Part shown: in pieces, positions 28,056-41,303 of the stretch | How positions within the stretch are numbered: the stretch's first letter is position 1 | How the letters are laid out: every line of letters begins with the position of its first letter | DNA from: the human T2T-CHM13v2.0 reference genome, Homo sapiens | Assembly (NCBI RefSeq): GCF_009914755.1 | Contig: NC_060926.1 | DNA: 64,000 nt | Direction: 5' to 3' (one strand) | Notes under the pieces: generated by a model | Databases searched by the model: none | Seen by the model: only the letters and a program-made list of their open reading frames with translations | What the model was told of the DNA's origin: nothing | Position numbers and translations under genes: made by a program

Positions 28056-28375
28056 TCTCGCGTTCCTTTGCTGGACTTGACCTTTTCTCTGCTGGGTTTG
28101 GCATTCCTTTGGGTGGGCTGGGTGTTTTCTCCGGGGGGGTTGGCCCTTCCTGGGGTGGGCGTGGGGTCGCCCCCAGGGGGCGTGGGCTTTCCCCGGGTGG
28201 GTGTGGGTTTTCCTGGGGTGGGGTGGGCTGTGCTGGGATCCCCTGCTGGGGTTGGCAGGGATTGACTTTTCTCTTCAAACAGATTGGAAACCCGGAGTTA
28301 CCTGCTAGTTGGTGAAACTGGTTGGTAGACGCGATCTGCTGGCTACTACTGGTTTCTCCTGGCTGTTAAAAGCAG

Positions 28376-28785
28376 ATGGTGGCTGAGGTTGATTCAATGC
28401 CGGCTGCCTCTTCTGTGAAGAAGCCATTTGGTCTCAGGAGCAAGATGGGCAAGTGGTGCTGCCACTGCTTTCCCTGCTGCAGGGGGAGCGGCAAGAGCAA
28501 CGTGGGCACTTCTGGAGACCACAACGACTCCTCTGTGAAGACGCTTGGGAGCAAGAGGTGCAAGTGGTGCTGCCACTGCTTCCCCTGCTGCAGGGGGAGC
28601 GGCAAGAGCAACGTGGTCGCTTGGGGAGACTACGATGACAGCGCCTTCATGGATCCCAGGTACCACGTCCATGGAGAAGATCTGGACAAGCTCCACAGAG
28701 CTGCCTGGTGGGGTAAAGTCCCCAGAAAGGATCTCATCGTCATGCTCAGGGACACGGATGTGAACAAGAGGGACAAGCAAAAGAG
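28376..28785 (+). CDS. POTEKP: POTE exon 1: two 37-aa Cys-rich repeats and start of the ankyrin region
   Basis: [35 protein letters not shown]...; donor AG|GTAACC. 111-bp repeats at 28433-28543 and 28544-28654. Confidence 0.95.
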
Positions 28786-29318
28786 GTAACCAGGCCTGGG
28801 CTGGGAGGAGGTGGGACTTGGGGGGATGATGGGGACATACCGTCCTGATGGGGGAGGAGGGGGACCTGGCTTTCTCGCCTCCGCAGGCCTCACACCACCC
28901 TGGATGTGGAAACCTCAGAGAGGTTAGGGCACAGGCCCCTTTATGAGCAGCAACACAAAAACAAAACTTTAGCTGATTTCCGATCAAGTTATAATTTGCC
29001 TCGTAGAACACTAATAGACTGTTTTAAAGTGATTTAACTTGCAAAATTATTGATGCAGCAGATTTTTTTAATCTACAGATTGTAAAACAATGTTCTATAC
29101 CTTACAGAAAACTGTATATTGAGAACTAAGAACAAAGCCCCATAACACATCAACTTCAGGGCTAAATATTCTTCAAATAAAATCCAGTATGGATTTTATA
29201 TCAATGTACACTATGTAAATATGTTCTTTACTGAGGAACCTTAGAAGGAAACTGAAATGGGAAGATGGTTCCTGTGCTTGAATAGGAAGATTGAATTTTC
29301 TTAAGATGTGAGCTTTTT

Positions 29319-29649
<331 letters not shown>

Positions 29650-30087
29650 TTAGCACTTTTACCTAAGCCAAATAAAAATAGCAAAGTTTTAGCGTTTTTA
29701 AATTACACATGCTGTCTTTTATTATTGTGATAAACTAATTTTTTGTAACAGAATGGAAAAAGGATTGCTTTTCCAGATATCAAAATGTGCATGTTATTTA
29801 TTTCCACAAATTGTTTACTAACAGCTGAAAAAACATCAATGAATAGAACAGAATAGGAAATTTAGAAATACCCAAATATATGTAAGAATTTAGCACTTGA
29901 TAATGGTGATGTTTTGTATTATTTAAAAAAGATGGATTGTTCATAATTCATTTTTGGAGAAAACTAGCTAGATTTTTATGTCACAGAAATAAGAGTATAG
30001 ATTAAAAATTTTAAATATACAGAAAGAAACATACCAGAAGAAAACACAAATGCCTATTTATATATGCAGATATATATATATATATAC

Positions 30088-30378
30088 TTTTTTTTTTTTG
30101 ATGGAGTCTCATTCTGTTGCCCAGGCTGGAGTGCAGTGGTGTGATCTTGGCTCACTGCAGCCTCTGCCTCCTAGGTTCAAGCAATTCTCTGCTTCAGCCT
30201 ACTGAATAGCTGGGATTACAGGTGTCTGCCACCACGCCTGGCTAATTGTTTTGTATTTTTAGTAGAGATGTGGTTTCACCATCTTGGCCAGGCTGGTCTT
30301 GAATTCCTGTCCTCGTGATCCACCCACCTTGGTCTCCCAAAGTGCTGGGGTTACAGGCGTGAGCCACTGTGCCTGGCC
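30088..30378 (-). mobile_element. AluS (antisense)
   Basis: Poly-T followed by Alu reverse complement. Confidence 0.93.
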
Positions 30379-30553
30379 TATATATGCAGTTATAATAAAA
30401 TAAGCTCATTTTAAAATTGGGCAAAGTACTTTTTTGCATATCTACTAGTGACCTATGCACATAGGAAAAGATAACGTTCCTGGTAGAAGAAGGAATATAA
30501 GTTAGAAGAGGAATGAAATACTGTTTTCTATTTAAGTTAGAAGAGGAATGAAA

Positions 30554-30872
<319 letters not shown>

Positions 30873-32049
30873 CTATCCACAAAGTTTGTGAGGATGAAGA
30901 ACAGTGGTACTTATATAGTTGTTTAAAGTTTAAATTGCTACAGCGCTTCAAACAGACACTTTAGTGGTAAGAACCACATTTTAAAAATGTTATGCTTTTT
31001 ACTCATCAATTCCATTATACTGAAATATCTTTACCAAATAGATGTCTGTTTTTCTTAGTATTGATTAAAATAGCAGTGTATTTAGAAGAACCCATATAAA
31101 GATTTCATGAACAAATTTCAGTGCATCCATAGGATGGAATAATATGTAACTATTGAGGGTGTCAGTAGTTACAGAGATATGTCGACGTGCAAAGATGTAC
31201 TTTGCTATAACAAGTGAGAAAAAAGTCAGTTTGTTACACATATACACGAACAGAATCTGCTTGTGTTAGCTGAAAACCTGTAGAAAATACAATCAAACTT
31301 GTTTCTGGGGATTTGTAAGTGAAGTTTTTCCCTTTCTCTTATCTGTGATTTCTGCAGTGAACATCTGAGGTTTTAGTTAAGGTTCATTAGTAATGAAATA
31401 ATCCTTGGGAAGAGAAGGAATATGCTTCTTGCATAGATGCGAATAATTTATCACATTCTATTATTTATTTTTCTTTCTGTGGTTGGCTATCTTCTGTGAA
31501 CTTTTACCCTCTTCAGAAGTAGAGGGGTCGTGTTTACCTGTTCCTGTAGATTTTATTATATATACATTTTATTACATAATTATTTTTTCATTATATATAG
31601 ATTAACATGTAAAAAGTATGAATTATTTCAGTTGAGTTATATATTTATGAAAATTAAAATAGCAAATATAAATGACTGTTACTATTGGAAATGTATTGCC
31701 CTACTCTACAGGAGTTTTCTTTAAAAATACTGAACTCCCAAGCTGTGTTCATCCATTCTTTCAATCCATTTAGTCATCAGACATAAGCCAGACACCTGTT
31801 ATGTGGCAGGCATATTCTACTATCTCTCAGGATCCTTCCATCTTTGAAAACTTCATGTTTACCTGCTGGGCTTGAGCAAGCTGAGAGATTTAAAATTGGT
31901 GCATTAGGACTTAATCTCAGTTGAAGCTTTTCCTCCCTCCTTTCAAACAGAAGCATTTCTGAAGGTAGAAAATAGTAAAAGACACCCCTTAACTGCCCTT
32001 TTGAAAATTTACAAGTCTTGGATAAAGACTGTTTTAGTTGTCTTAAGAA

Positions 32050-32445
32050 CTAAAATGTGGTACATAAACAGCATGGAATACTATGCAGCCATAAAAGAAG
32101 GAACGAGAGCATGTGCTTTGCAGGGACATGGATGGTGTTGAAAGCCATTATCCTTAGCAAACTAACATAGGAAGAGAAAACCAAATACTGCATGTTCTCA
32201 CTTACAGGTGGGAGCTAAATGATGAGAACACACAGATACCTAGAGGGAAGCAACACGCACTGGGGCCTATCAGAGGGTGGAGGGTGGGAAGAGGGAAGGA
32301 AGCAGGAAATAGAACGAACGGGTACTGGGCTTAACACCTGGGTAATGAAATAATCTGTACAACCAACCCCCTTGGTGCACGTTTACCTATGTAACAAACC
32401 TGCACATCCGGCACATGTATCCCTGAATGTAACAGTTGAAAAAAG
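32050..32445 (+). mobile_element. L1PA (older) 3' end fragment
   Basis: ATGGAATACTATGCAGCCATAAAA...GTAACAAACCTGCACATCC. Confidence 0.88.
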
Positions 32446-33452
32446 CTCCACAAATAGTTTCATAAATCCATTTTAAAAAGAGAACATTTATAACAGTCTT
32501 AAATCCTAATATGAATGATTGGAAATACCTGATGTAGATATATTGTATAAATCTAAGTATTGACAAAAATGAGCCCATGCTATTCATTTGAATTCCAAGT
32601 TTTCTTTGGCTTAAAGTTTATTGAAAACCAAAGTAAGAATTGGTTTATTTTAGAAATTTATTTTTGTTTTCGCCTCAGCTTTCTTATTCCATGGTTCTTT
32701 TAAGAACTAAAATTTATCTAAATGCTGGTCATCTGACTGGAACCGCCCCAGACCTGTTATAACATATTCTACTTAATGTAAGACACCAGGGATTGTATGA
32801 TGCCCCATTATTTTATGTCTCAATAAGAGAATTATTTAAATGCCGCCAATTATAGTAAATCATGAATTGTAAGTGGTATTTCAGTGGAGACAACATGGAG
32901 ACAATGATCATCTCAGAATCACTAAAATACAATGTTAGCTGTAATATTTAAAACACACCTCAGTGTAGGTATAATTGTATCATCTCAATTCAAATGTTGT
33001 CTTTAGTGGTATCAGTAAAAATTATAATATCTAACAATTATTGAGCTGTTATTTGTGTTAGGAACTATTCTATATCTTTTGTGCAGAGTCTCATTTAAGC
33101 ATTACGGTGGTTTCCTGTGAGAAAGCTACTATTCTCATTCCTATTTTATTGATGAGGAAACTGAGACCCCAAAAGGCTAAGCAACAGCTAGGAAGTGACA
33201 GAGCTTCAAGTAGGATTCCAGCCCAAGTTGAATGTCATCCAAGGGCTATGCTCTTTGTATTCATATAGGCTGCTCTTTCATTAATACAGCGAGCAATGAG
33301 AGAAAATAGTGTGCTTTTTTCATGGGAAAGTTAAATGTTTGTTTTGAAGGCAGAGTAATAGCAGGCTATTCAGTGTTTGCAAGTACATGAATCATTAATG
33401 TGGCTGTAGCTAGTGCACTACAATTTCCTAAAAAGTCTTGTCACTCTCACAG

Positions 33453-33567
33453 GACTGCTCTACATCTGGCCTCTGCCAATGGGAATTCAGAAGTAGTAAA
33501 ACTCGTGCTGGACAGACGATGTCAACTTAATGTCCTTGACAACAAAAAGAGGACAGCTCTGACAAAG
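33453..33567 (+). CDS. POTEKP: POTE exon 2 (ankyrin; [15 protein letters not shown]...)
   Basis: CAG| acceptor, AAG|GTATGC donor, 115 bp, frame continuous. Confidence 0.95.
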
Positions 33568-33723
33568 GTATGCAGTAGCCAACTATATCAGCGTGAGGTG
33601 GGTTTGATTTCAATACATAGCATAAAAATGAGTTTTCTGCTTTAAATATAACTAGTTGGTGAAAGCTGTGGAATGTTATTTTGAATTCCTAGGATTTGTA
33701 ATTTGTTTTTGGTCTAATACTGA

Positions 33724-33903
<180 letters not shown>

Positions 33904-35121
33904 TAGATCTACTAATTTTATCTTCAAAATACTGAAATGCATTCATTTTAACATTGACGTGTGTAAGGGCCAGTCTTCCGTATTTGGAAGCTCAAGCATA
34001 ACTTGAATGAAAATATTTTGAAATGACCTAATTATCTAAGACTTTATTTTAAATATTGTTATTTTCAAAGAAGCATTAGAGGGTACAGTTTTTTTTTTTT
34101 AAATGCACTTCTGGTAAATACTTTTGTTGAAAACACTGAATTTGTAAAAGGTAATACTTACTATTTTTCAATTTTTCCCTCCTAGGATTTTTTTCCCCTA
34201 ATGAATGTAAGATGGCAAATTTGCCCTGAAATAGGTTTTACATGAAAACTCCAAGAAAAGTTAAACATGTTTCAGTGAATAGAGATCCTGCTCCTTTGGC
34301 AAGTTCCTAAAAAACAGTAATAGATACGAGGTGATGCGCCTGTCAGTGGCAAGGTTTAAGATATTTCTGATTGCTCATGAGGCAGAAGTGGAAAGGGAAA
34401 AAGAGAGCAATCAGAAATATCAAGGCCAATTTGGAAATTAAGTAATAGAGGGAAAAGACCACGAAGAAGTTGTGTGTGTGTGTGTTGTTGTTGTTGTTGA
34501 TTGATTTGTTTCCTTTGTATGGTGAGACAAGGTTCTCTTCAATTTTAAAGAATGACACTTTTCAGTTTGGGAGAGGGAGTTAGTGGGTTGGAAACTGAAT
34601 AGAGATCAATTTTAGGAGGCCTCTGAGGAACCAGATAGGCAGTGAACAGGTGGTAATGTAAGAGGAAACCCTTGAGCAGAGGGAATATCAAGTAATTAAC
34701 TGACTTAGTATCCTATTCTGGTAGAAATGGCCAATTAGAGTCTCAGCTCTGCTTTCAAATCTAGTGTGTCTGGATGGGAAGGTAGAAGATAAATAAGTAA
34801 CAAAATCAAGTTGGATTTTGAGTTGACTAGACCCTGTTCTTCTCTTACTGGGGAAAATCATGTGGTGTTTTCAGCAAATGGGTCTCTCTCCTACTCCTTA
34901 CTCTTTTTGGCCAAATCTTCAAATGAGAAAGGGAATTGGTCATGTGGGTGAGAAATGAGACTGAAATAATTGTCTGTTGCACTAGCTTTCAGCTAGAATT
35001 GTGCATCCCAGTAACCTGAGGAAAATGTTTAAATAATCAACAAGTCTAGGCTTTTTCTGAATATTTTGATACAGTAAGTCTAATAAATCCTGGATATGTA
35101 TATTTGAAAATGTTTCCTTGA

Positions 35122-35257
35122 AGCCAGGCATGGTGGTGCATGGCTGTAGTCCCAGCTGCTAGGGAGGCTGAGGTGGGAGGATTGCTTGAGCTCAGGAATT
35201 CGAGTCTAGCCTGGTCAACATAATGAGACCCTGTCTCTAACAACAACAGCAACAACA
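35122..35257 (+). mobile_element. FLAM / Alu monomer
   Basis: Single Alu monomer with (CAA)n tail. Confidence 0.85.
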
Positions 35258-35419
35258 ATTTTCTCAAAATCTGGATACACTCCTGCTTAAGAACCACTCA
35301 ATACATAAATGTAATATGTAAATTCTTATGTCTCAGAAACTTAAGGTATTTCTAGAAGAGTTGGGGTTGGATATGTGCTGATTTCTTTAAATCTTTCCTT
35401 TCCAATAACATTAATCTGA

Positions 35420-35682
35420 CTTTTTTTTTTTTTTTCCCCCGAGATGGGGTCTCACTCTGTTTCCCAGGCTGGAGTGCAGTGGTGTGATCACAGCTCACTG
35501 CAGCCTCGACCTCCCCAAGCTCAGATGGTCCTCCAATCTCAGTTTTTTTTTTTTTTTTTTTAAGTGGAGATGAGGTTTTGCCATGTTTCTCAGGCTGGTC
35601 TTGAACTCCTGGGCTCAAGCGATTCACCCACCTCAGCCTCCCCAAATGCTAGGATTACAGGTGTGAGCCACCATTCCTGGCC
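35420..35682 (-). mobile_element. AluJ (antisense, internal deletion)
   Basis: Alu reverse complement with J-type motifs. Confidence 0.88.
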
Positions 35683-36661
35683 TAGTCTGACTTTTATCTC
35701 TGTGGTTGAGACATTAAAATGAATATTATTGGTAGTATGTATCAGCTTACAGAATAATACCTTTTCCTTTCTACCATCAGTTATTCACTGCCATTCAGAA
35801 GGTCTTTAGAAATTTGCTGTGAGTATGGCCCTCTCAGGATTTTGTGTCTCTTTGTTCAGTCATTCAAGTACTTAGGTCAGTAAGTCGTTAAGAGCAGAGT
35901 TTTCTCAATTAGAATTGTAGCAAATTCTAAACCATTTTTTGTCAATTGACGCTGTATTATGGACTATCCAGTGTGTCTCTTAAGTATGTAGAGCTTTGGC
36001 ATAATCAGAATGGCAGTTTTAAACACTAAAAACCATGGAGTTATTAAGAATACAGATAGGAATTCTGTTAATTTAGTTTCAGTAGTCCTATGAACTGATG
36101 ATTTAGTTAACAATCTGGGAAAATTAAATACAAATAGATTTTAAATAAATAAATGTTGGAAAATTTTTTCAAATGGGCAGTATGAGTTTTAATAGCAATT
36201 TTTGTTGCATGTTGGAGGTTGAACTTTTGGTAAAACATGAAACTAAAGAAATACTTTACATGCAGATTCTTGCTTTATACACAATTTGTCTTAGGGTTGA
36301 GGATATAGAGACAAAAGATACAGCCCCTGCCCTCAAGGAGCTCTTTGTTTAGATGGGAAAAATATTATCATCCAATAACACCATGCCAAATGCTGAGTTA
36401 GAAGCAAAGAGCCTTGGAAGCAGTAAATGTTTAAAGTGAGTTTTTGAGATGATTAGAGTTACTGTGGTGAGGCAGAGAAGGGGTGTTTCCAAGGGAAGGA
36501 GCAGCGTGTGGGAAAGCACAGAAGAGTGAGAAGGAAGCGACTACATTTTATTTACTTTCTATGCGTGTAAGTCCATAAGATCTTATATAAAGTTTCCACT
36601 TCAGTTGAGGAATATGTACTTTTTTGAATTACATAGGTTTTTGCTTTATATTGTTTTACAG

Positions 36662-36768
36662 CATGGCCTCACACCACTGCTACTTGGTATACATGAGCAA
36701 AAACAGCAAGTGGTGAAATTTTTAATCAAGAAAAAAGCGAATTTAAATGCGCTGGATAGATATGGAAG
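36662..36768 (+). CDS. POTEKP: POTE exon 4 (ankyrin; [16 protein letters not shown]...)
   Basis: TTACAG| acceptor, AG|GTATAG donor, 107 bp. Confidence 0.95.
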
Positions 36769-38079
36769 GTATAGTTCTTTCTTTTAATCTGTGTGTTCTA
36801 GATGGATAGCAGTCACTCAAGTCATAAATATTAAATTAATAAGATTAATGTATACTTACTGGGATATAGTGATCAGTATCAACACAAATCAGTTAGGTAG
36901 AAAAACAATTACTTGGACTGGGCAACATAAAGACCAGTTTTAATAGGATTCATCTTCTCATTATATTGACTGATGTTATTTGTTATATGACATTTTTGGT
37001 TACATGATCTTATGTTAGCTAAAGGGATTTCATATTAATTTAATGAAGTTTGAACTTTAACTTTTAGTTTACTTTATGACTCAGTATTGAACTTCTTAAC
37101 CCTTTCTAATAGTTTTTAACCTCCGTGTCTTACATGCTTTTCCACTAAATATGCTGTATTAAACATAAATAGGGGTTGAAAATCCTTTTGTCTTTTCAAT
37201 GACTCTGCTTTAAGTTGCTTTCTTTGAAGAATATTAATGTTAGCTTATCTCTACATGACAATTAATTGCTGTTCCCACATACTGTGGGTTCAACAGCTTT
37301 TTTCCTTTTTTATTTCTAGTGTATTTTTTATTTTTATTTTTAATTGGTATGGAGAGAGGGAGTGAAGATAGTTTTAAGTGGATACACTTTTCCTTTAATG
37401 AAGGCAAGCCGTAGGTGGGTGATAAAGAGAAAAGAGCTAGGCTTTGGATTCACACAAGACTGGGTTAATTCCTAACTTTCTTACTTGCTAGGTGTGTGAC
37501 CTTGGGGACGTTATTTACCACCAAATATGTTGTCATATATGAAAAGTAGGAGAATATATCCTTCAAAGTTGGCTGTGCATAAGTAAGAAAGATACATGTG
37601 GCATTTAATTCAGTGCCTAGCACATGGTTATTGGCACCATTAACTGAAACTCCTACGACTACTATTCTTACCATTATTAATACTGCTTTGAGCATGCAGA
37701 GAGCTCTTATTTCTCTCACCCCCTAGCTGATTTTCTATTACAGCATATCAGTCTAGGGAAGCTGTGACAAAATCTTCACTTAAATCTTTGTCCACTTCAG
37801 ATAAGTGGCCCTAACATTGTTTCTTGCCCATCAAAGGACGTTAAATTAGTAGCTTCTGCTATACAATACCCCACTGAGATGAGAGGCTTTTTTTTGTCCC
37901 TGTCTTTTAACCTTTGTGGTATTTTAGAAAGATGAACACTTGAGCCCTCAAGATGCTTATGTCTTTTATTGCATGTAAATGTTTGATTCTGCACAGACAG
38001 GCAAGGTCTTACATTGGTAAAGTATATCAGATTAGCTTTAAAAATAACTTTATTACAGTTCCTATCTCTGTCATTTTAG

Positions 38080-38213
38080 AACTGCTCTCATACTTGCTGT
38101 ATGTTGTGGATCAGCAAGTATAGTCAGCCCTCTACTTGAGCAAAATGTTGATGTATCTTCTCAAGATCTGGAAAGACGGCCAGAGAGTATGCTGTTTCTA
38201 GTCATCATCATGT
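38080..38213 (+). CDS. POTEKP: POTE exon 5 with 4-bp frameshifting deletion
   Basis: 134 bp. [15 protein letters not shown]...SQDL then shifts to [14 protein letters not shown]. The family residues [12 protein letters not shown] lie in another frame. Confidence 0.9.
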
Positions 38214-39446
38214 GTAAGTGTTTACATTAAAAGGCTAGTTAATGCTAAATTGAGGTTTAAAATAATTACAACAGTTGCATCTTACATATCAGGTGAGATG
38301 TCATAGTTTGGTTCAGGTAGTTTTCGCGTGTCAGTGAGTTAGTCCCCTGCATCAGCCAGAAATCAGACAAAAAGCAAGACAAGTTAGAAGTGCCAATGGG
38401 TGCAGGATTCTTTATCTCAGGACTTTTAAGACCTTTATCCCTAGAGATCCCAGCATTGTTCATTTGATCCAAGCATAACACCTATGCAGGGATAAAAAAT
38501 AGTGTCACATCTTTAATTTTTCTGATTAGTTATTTGGGTCTTGAAATGTCCAGTTTAGCAGAAAGTCTTGTACTGTTTTCTGGGGACTATGTCCTACATA
38601 CTCCTTGAATTTTTCAAGAACCGAAGGGGTTTACTAAATCCAAGGAAGACAGTCCCTTTTATCAAGTCAGAAGGAGGAGGAAAAAAAAGGACATTGCAAT
38701 CATTCTTTTGTTTCCATTGATTCTGTTGCTGCATTGTTGCCACTCAAACTGGTCCTGCTGTCTTAAGATGAATTGGTAGATTCAGATCCCTCAAGTCTTC
38801 ATGGTGATTCATACAGTGACTTTCATGTTTTTTAGTTCCCATACCTATGCTTATATGCTCAGCCATTGTTCCCAGAGCACCAGCCCCCTGCTCTGGCCGC
38901 TGGGCATCCTGACTTTATCCGCACACAAAGTGAGCAAATTGACCCTTCCCCACATATTCAGAACCTAATGTGGAACCCACATCTTAGCCAGGAATTAGCT
39001 GAGACCTTCATGGTAAGAGGTCCTTTGAGGCTGTTGTTGGTCTTTTCTCTGGCAGATATTAGTTGGGCTTGTTCTAAAGGGTGAGAGGGGTTCAAATAAT
39101 GTGGCAGAAAGAGATCAGTGTTTGTTTCCTCTTTGCTACCAGATCTGTACTGTGAGGCACCTTTATATCCTGTATAGAACCTTGGGCAGTAGAAAGTCCC
39201 ATATGAACCTTGCCCTGAGCAGTGGCTCCCAGCTGTGGTTGGCCCCTTGAGTGATCTGATTTACATGATAATGAAAATCGTTGAAGCTACTTCCATCTCT
39301 AGCTCAAGATTTTAAAATATTTTCAAACTCTAGCTCACAGGAAGCCACTGAAGAGAAATCTCAGAATCTCAAGTAGGTTAGTTGGACTCAACAGAGCCAA
39401 GCCTTGTCCATGACGCATCACTAATCATGTGTAAAAGTAGGGCTTT

Positions 39447-39552
39447 GTGCTTGCTTCGGCGGCACATATCCTAAAATTGGAACAATACGGGGAAAGTTAG
39501 CGTGGCTTCTGCATAAGGAGGCAGCACAGATCTTTGAAGCATTCCATATTTT
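39447..39552 (+). pseudogene. U6 snRNA pseudogene, 5' part of a chimeric retrocopy
   Basis: GTGCTTGCTTCGGCGGCACATATCCTAAAATTGGAAC...GAAGCATTCCATATTTT. Full length and diverged; the ACAGAGA box reads ACGGGGA. Confidence 0.92.
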
Positions 39553-40674
39553 GTGCAGTCACTGGAAGGTCATTTGACTATTTGCTGACTAGCTCTAAGG
39601 AAATAGTGTGAATCAAAGCAAAATGGGTGCCACCCAAATATTGAAATTGTGATTTGCGCGGCAAAAAGAGTCATGTAAGATGGTCTATGAGATGACTTTG
39701 AGCTGAATAACGTGTTTGGTGCAAAATATATTGTTAGTATGTATGTCGAAAATCACAGAATGTCAGCTTGCTACTTCTCCGTGGAAACTAAAAAAAATAA
39801 AAGTAGACTTTTGGTCTCCCATGTCAGCTGTAACTGAACATCAATATAAAGCATTATCCTAACAAACATCTGCTGGCTGAGAGTTTGAGTCTGTAGAGAA
39901 GGATCGTTGGTCCAAACCAGGTCTTAACATCCATTGGTTTTTCTGCCCTTGGCGTGATTGATCAACTCCGTAATAGTGGACAATCACATTATCTACTTTA
40001 ATGAGATATTTAGGAATAAATTTAGTTACAAACTATCACATAGTTGAGATGCACTGAATTATAAGCCATAAGGAGTAGGACAACTAAGAAGCAAAATTAG
40101 GACTTAATAATATCTTCTGAAAACTACAACGTTTGCATATTAGAACCTATGAACAAAATACGCATTGGGTTTTATTTGGGATTCGAAGATAATTTCGGTC
40201 ATAAAGTTTAGGAACAAATTATTCCATTGCTTTACTATTTCTCTCAGCTTTTAAAAAATGTTATCTTGTTAAATCTTTGTAACAACCTAGTGAAATAAGG
40301 CAGCAAAGTCCTCACTTTGTTGAAGAAGACATTGAGCCTAAGAGAAGCAAGTTGTCCAAGAACAAATAGTTGTTCATTATGGAGCTAGGACTTATGCAGA
40401 GTTGGGACACTTTCTATTATATCAGGTTAATGTGAGCTAATTTACTGGGTCACAGTGCCCTTGATTTATGAGTATTTCAGCTTACATTTTTTTCTTCTTT
40501 AATTAGAAGCTTAAAGAGAAGTTTGTAGAATGTACTCATAAGTGGACGGGATAATATTGTTGGGTTCTGATATTCTGATATTGTTTGAAATATGCTTAAG
40601 AATTTTACATTTGGTAAGTATTTTTTGTATCAGTATTAAAATAGTAATTTGGTTTATTACATTTTTACACATAG

Positions 40675-40745
40675 AATTTGCCAGTTACTTTCTGACTACA
40701 AAGAAAAACAGATGTTAAAAATCTCTTCTGAAAACAGCAATCCAG
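40675..40745 (+). pseudogene. POTEKP: POTE exon 6 ([23 protein letters not shown] in the ancestral frame)
   Basis: ATAG| acceptor, CAG|GTAAGA donor, 71 bp. Its first two bases complete the premature TAA. Confidence 0.92.
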
Positions 40746-40776
40746 GTAAGACTTGTGTTAGTGAATTACTTTAGGT

Positions 40777-41303
40777 TAGTTGTCCCCAACCTTTTTGGCA
40801 CCAGGGACCAGTTTTGTGGAAGACAATCTTTCCATGGGCTGGGGGAAGGTGGGGATGGTTTCAGGATTATTCAGTCACATTATACTTATTGTGCTACTTT
40901 ATATTATTATTACATTGTAATATATAATGAAATAATTATACAACTTACCATAATGTGGAATCAGTGGAAGCTCTGAGCTTGTTTCCCTGCAACTAGATGG
41001 TCCCTTCTGGGGGCAAAGGGAGACAGTGACAGATCATCAGGCATTAGATTCTCATGTGAAGCACACAACCTAGATCCTTCAGATGGGCAGTTCACAACAG
41101 GTTTCATGCTCCAATGAGTATCTAATGCTATCACTGATCTGCCTGGAGGCAGAGTTCAGGCGGTAATATGAGCCATGGTGTGTGGCTGTAAGTACAGGTA
41201 AAGCTTCCCTGGCTTGCCTGCTGCTCACCTCCTCCTGTGTGGTGTGGTTCATAATAGTCCATGGACTGGTATGAGTCTGTGGCCTGGGAGTTGAGGACCC
41301 CTG
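40777..41303. mobile_element. MER1A (hAT-Charlie DNA transposon)
   Basis: Termini GTCCCCAACCTTTTTGGCACCAGGGACC and GTTGAGGACCCCTG; about 527 bp. Confidence 0.88.

Larger units (their letters stand above)
27690..28375 (+). promoter_or_regulatory. CpG-rich POTE promoter / 5'UTR region
   Basis: High CpG density at 27690-28060, a G-rich tract at 28110-28260, directly upstream of the POTE ATG. Confidence 0.75.

Noticed and set aside
27619-28278. 219-aa minus-strand ORF
   Set aside because: Pro/Arg/Ala-rich product of the GC-rich promoter repeats; no recognisable family.
28394-29011. 205-aa minus-strand ORF
   Set aside because: Antisense shadow of POTE exon 1.
39447-39552. Functional U6 snRNA gene
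   Set aside because: Many substitutions including the ACAGAGA box, no evident PSE/TATA upstream, and retro-insertion hallmarks.
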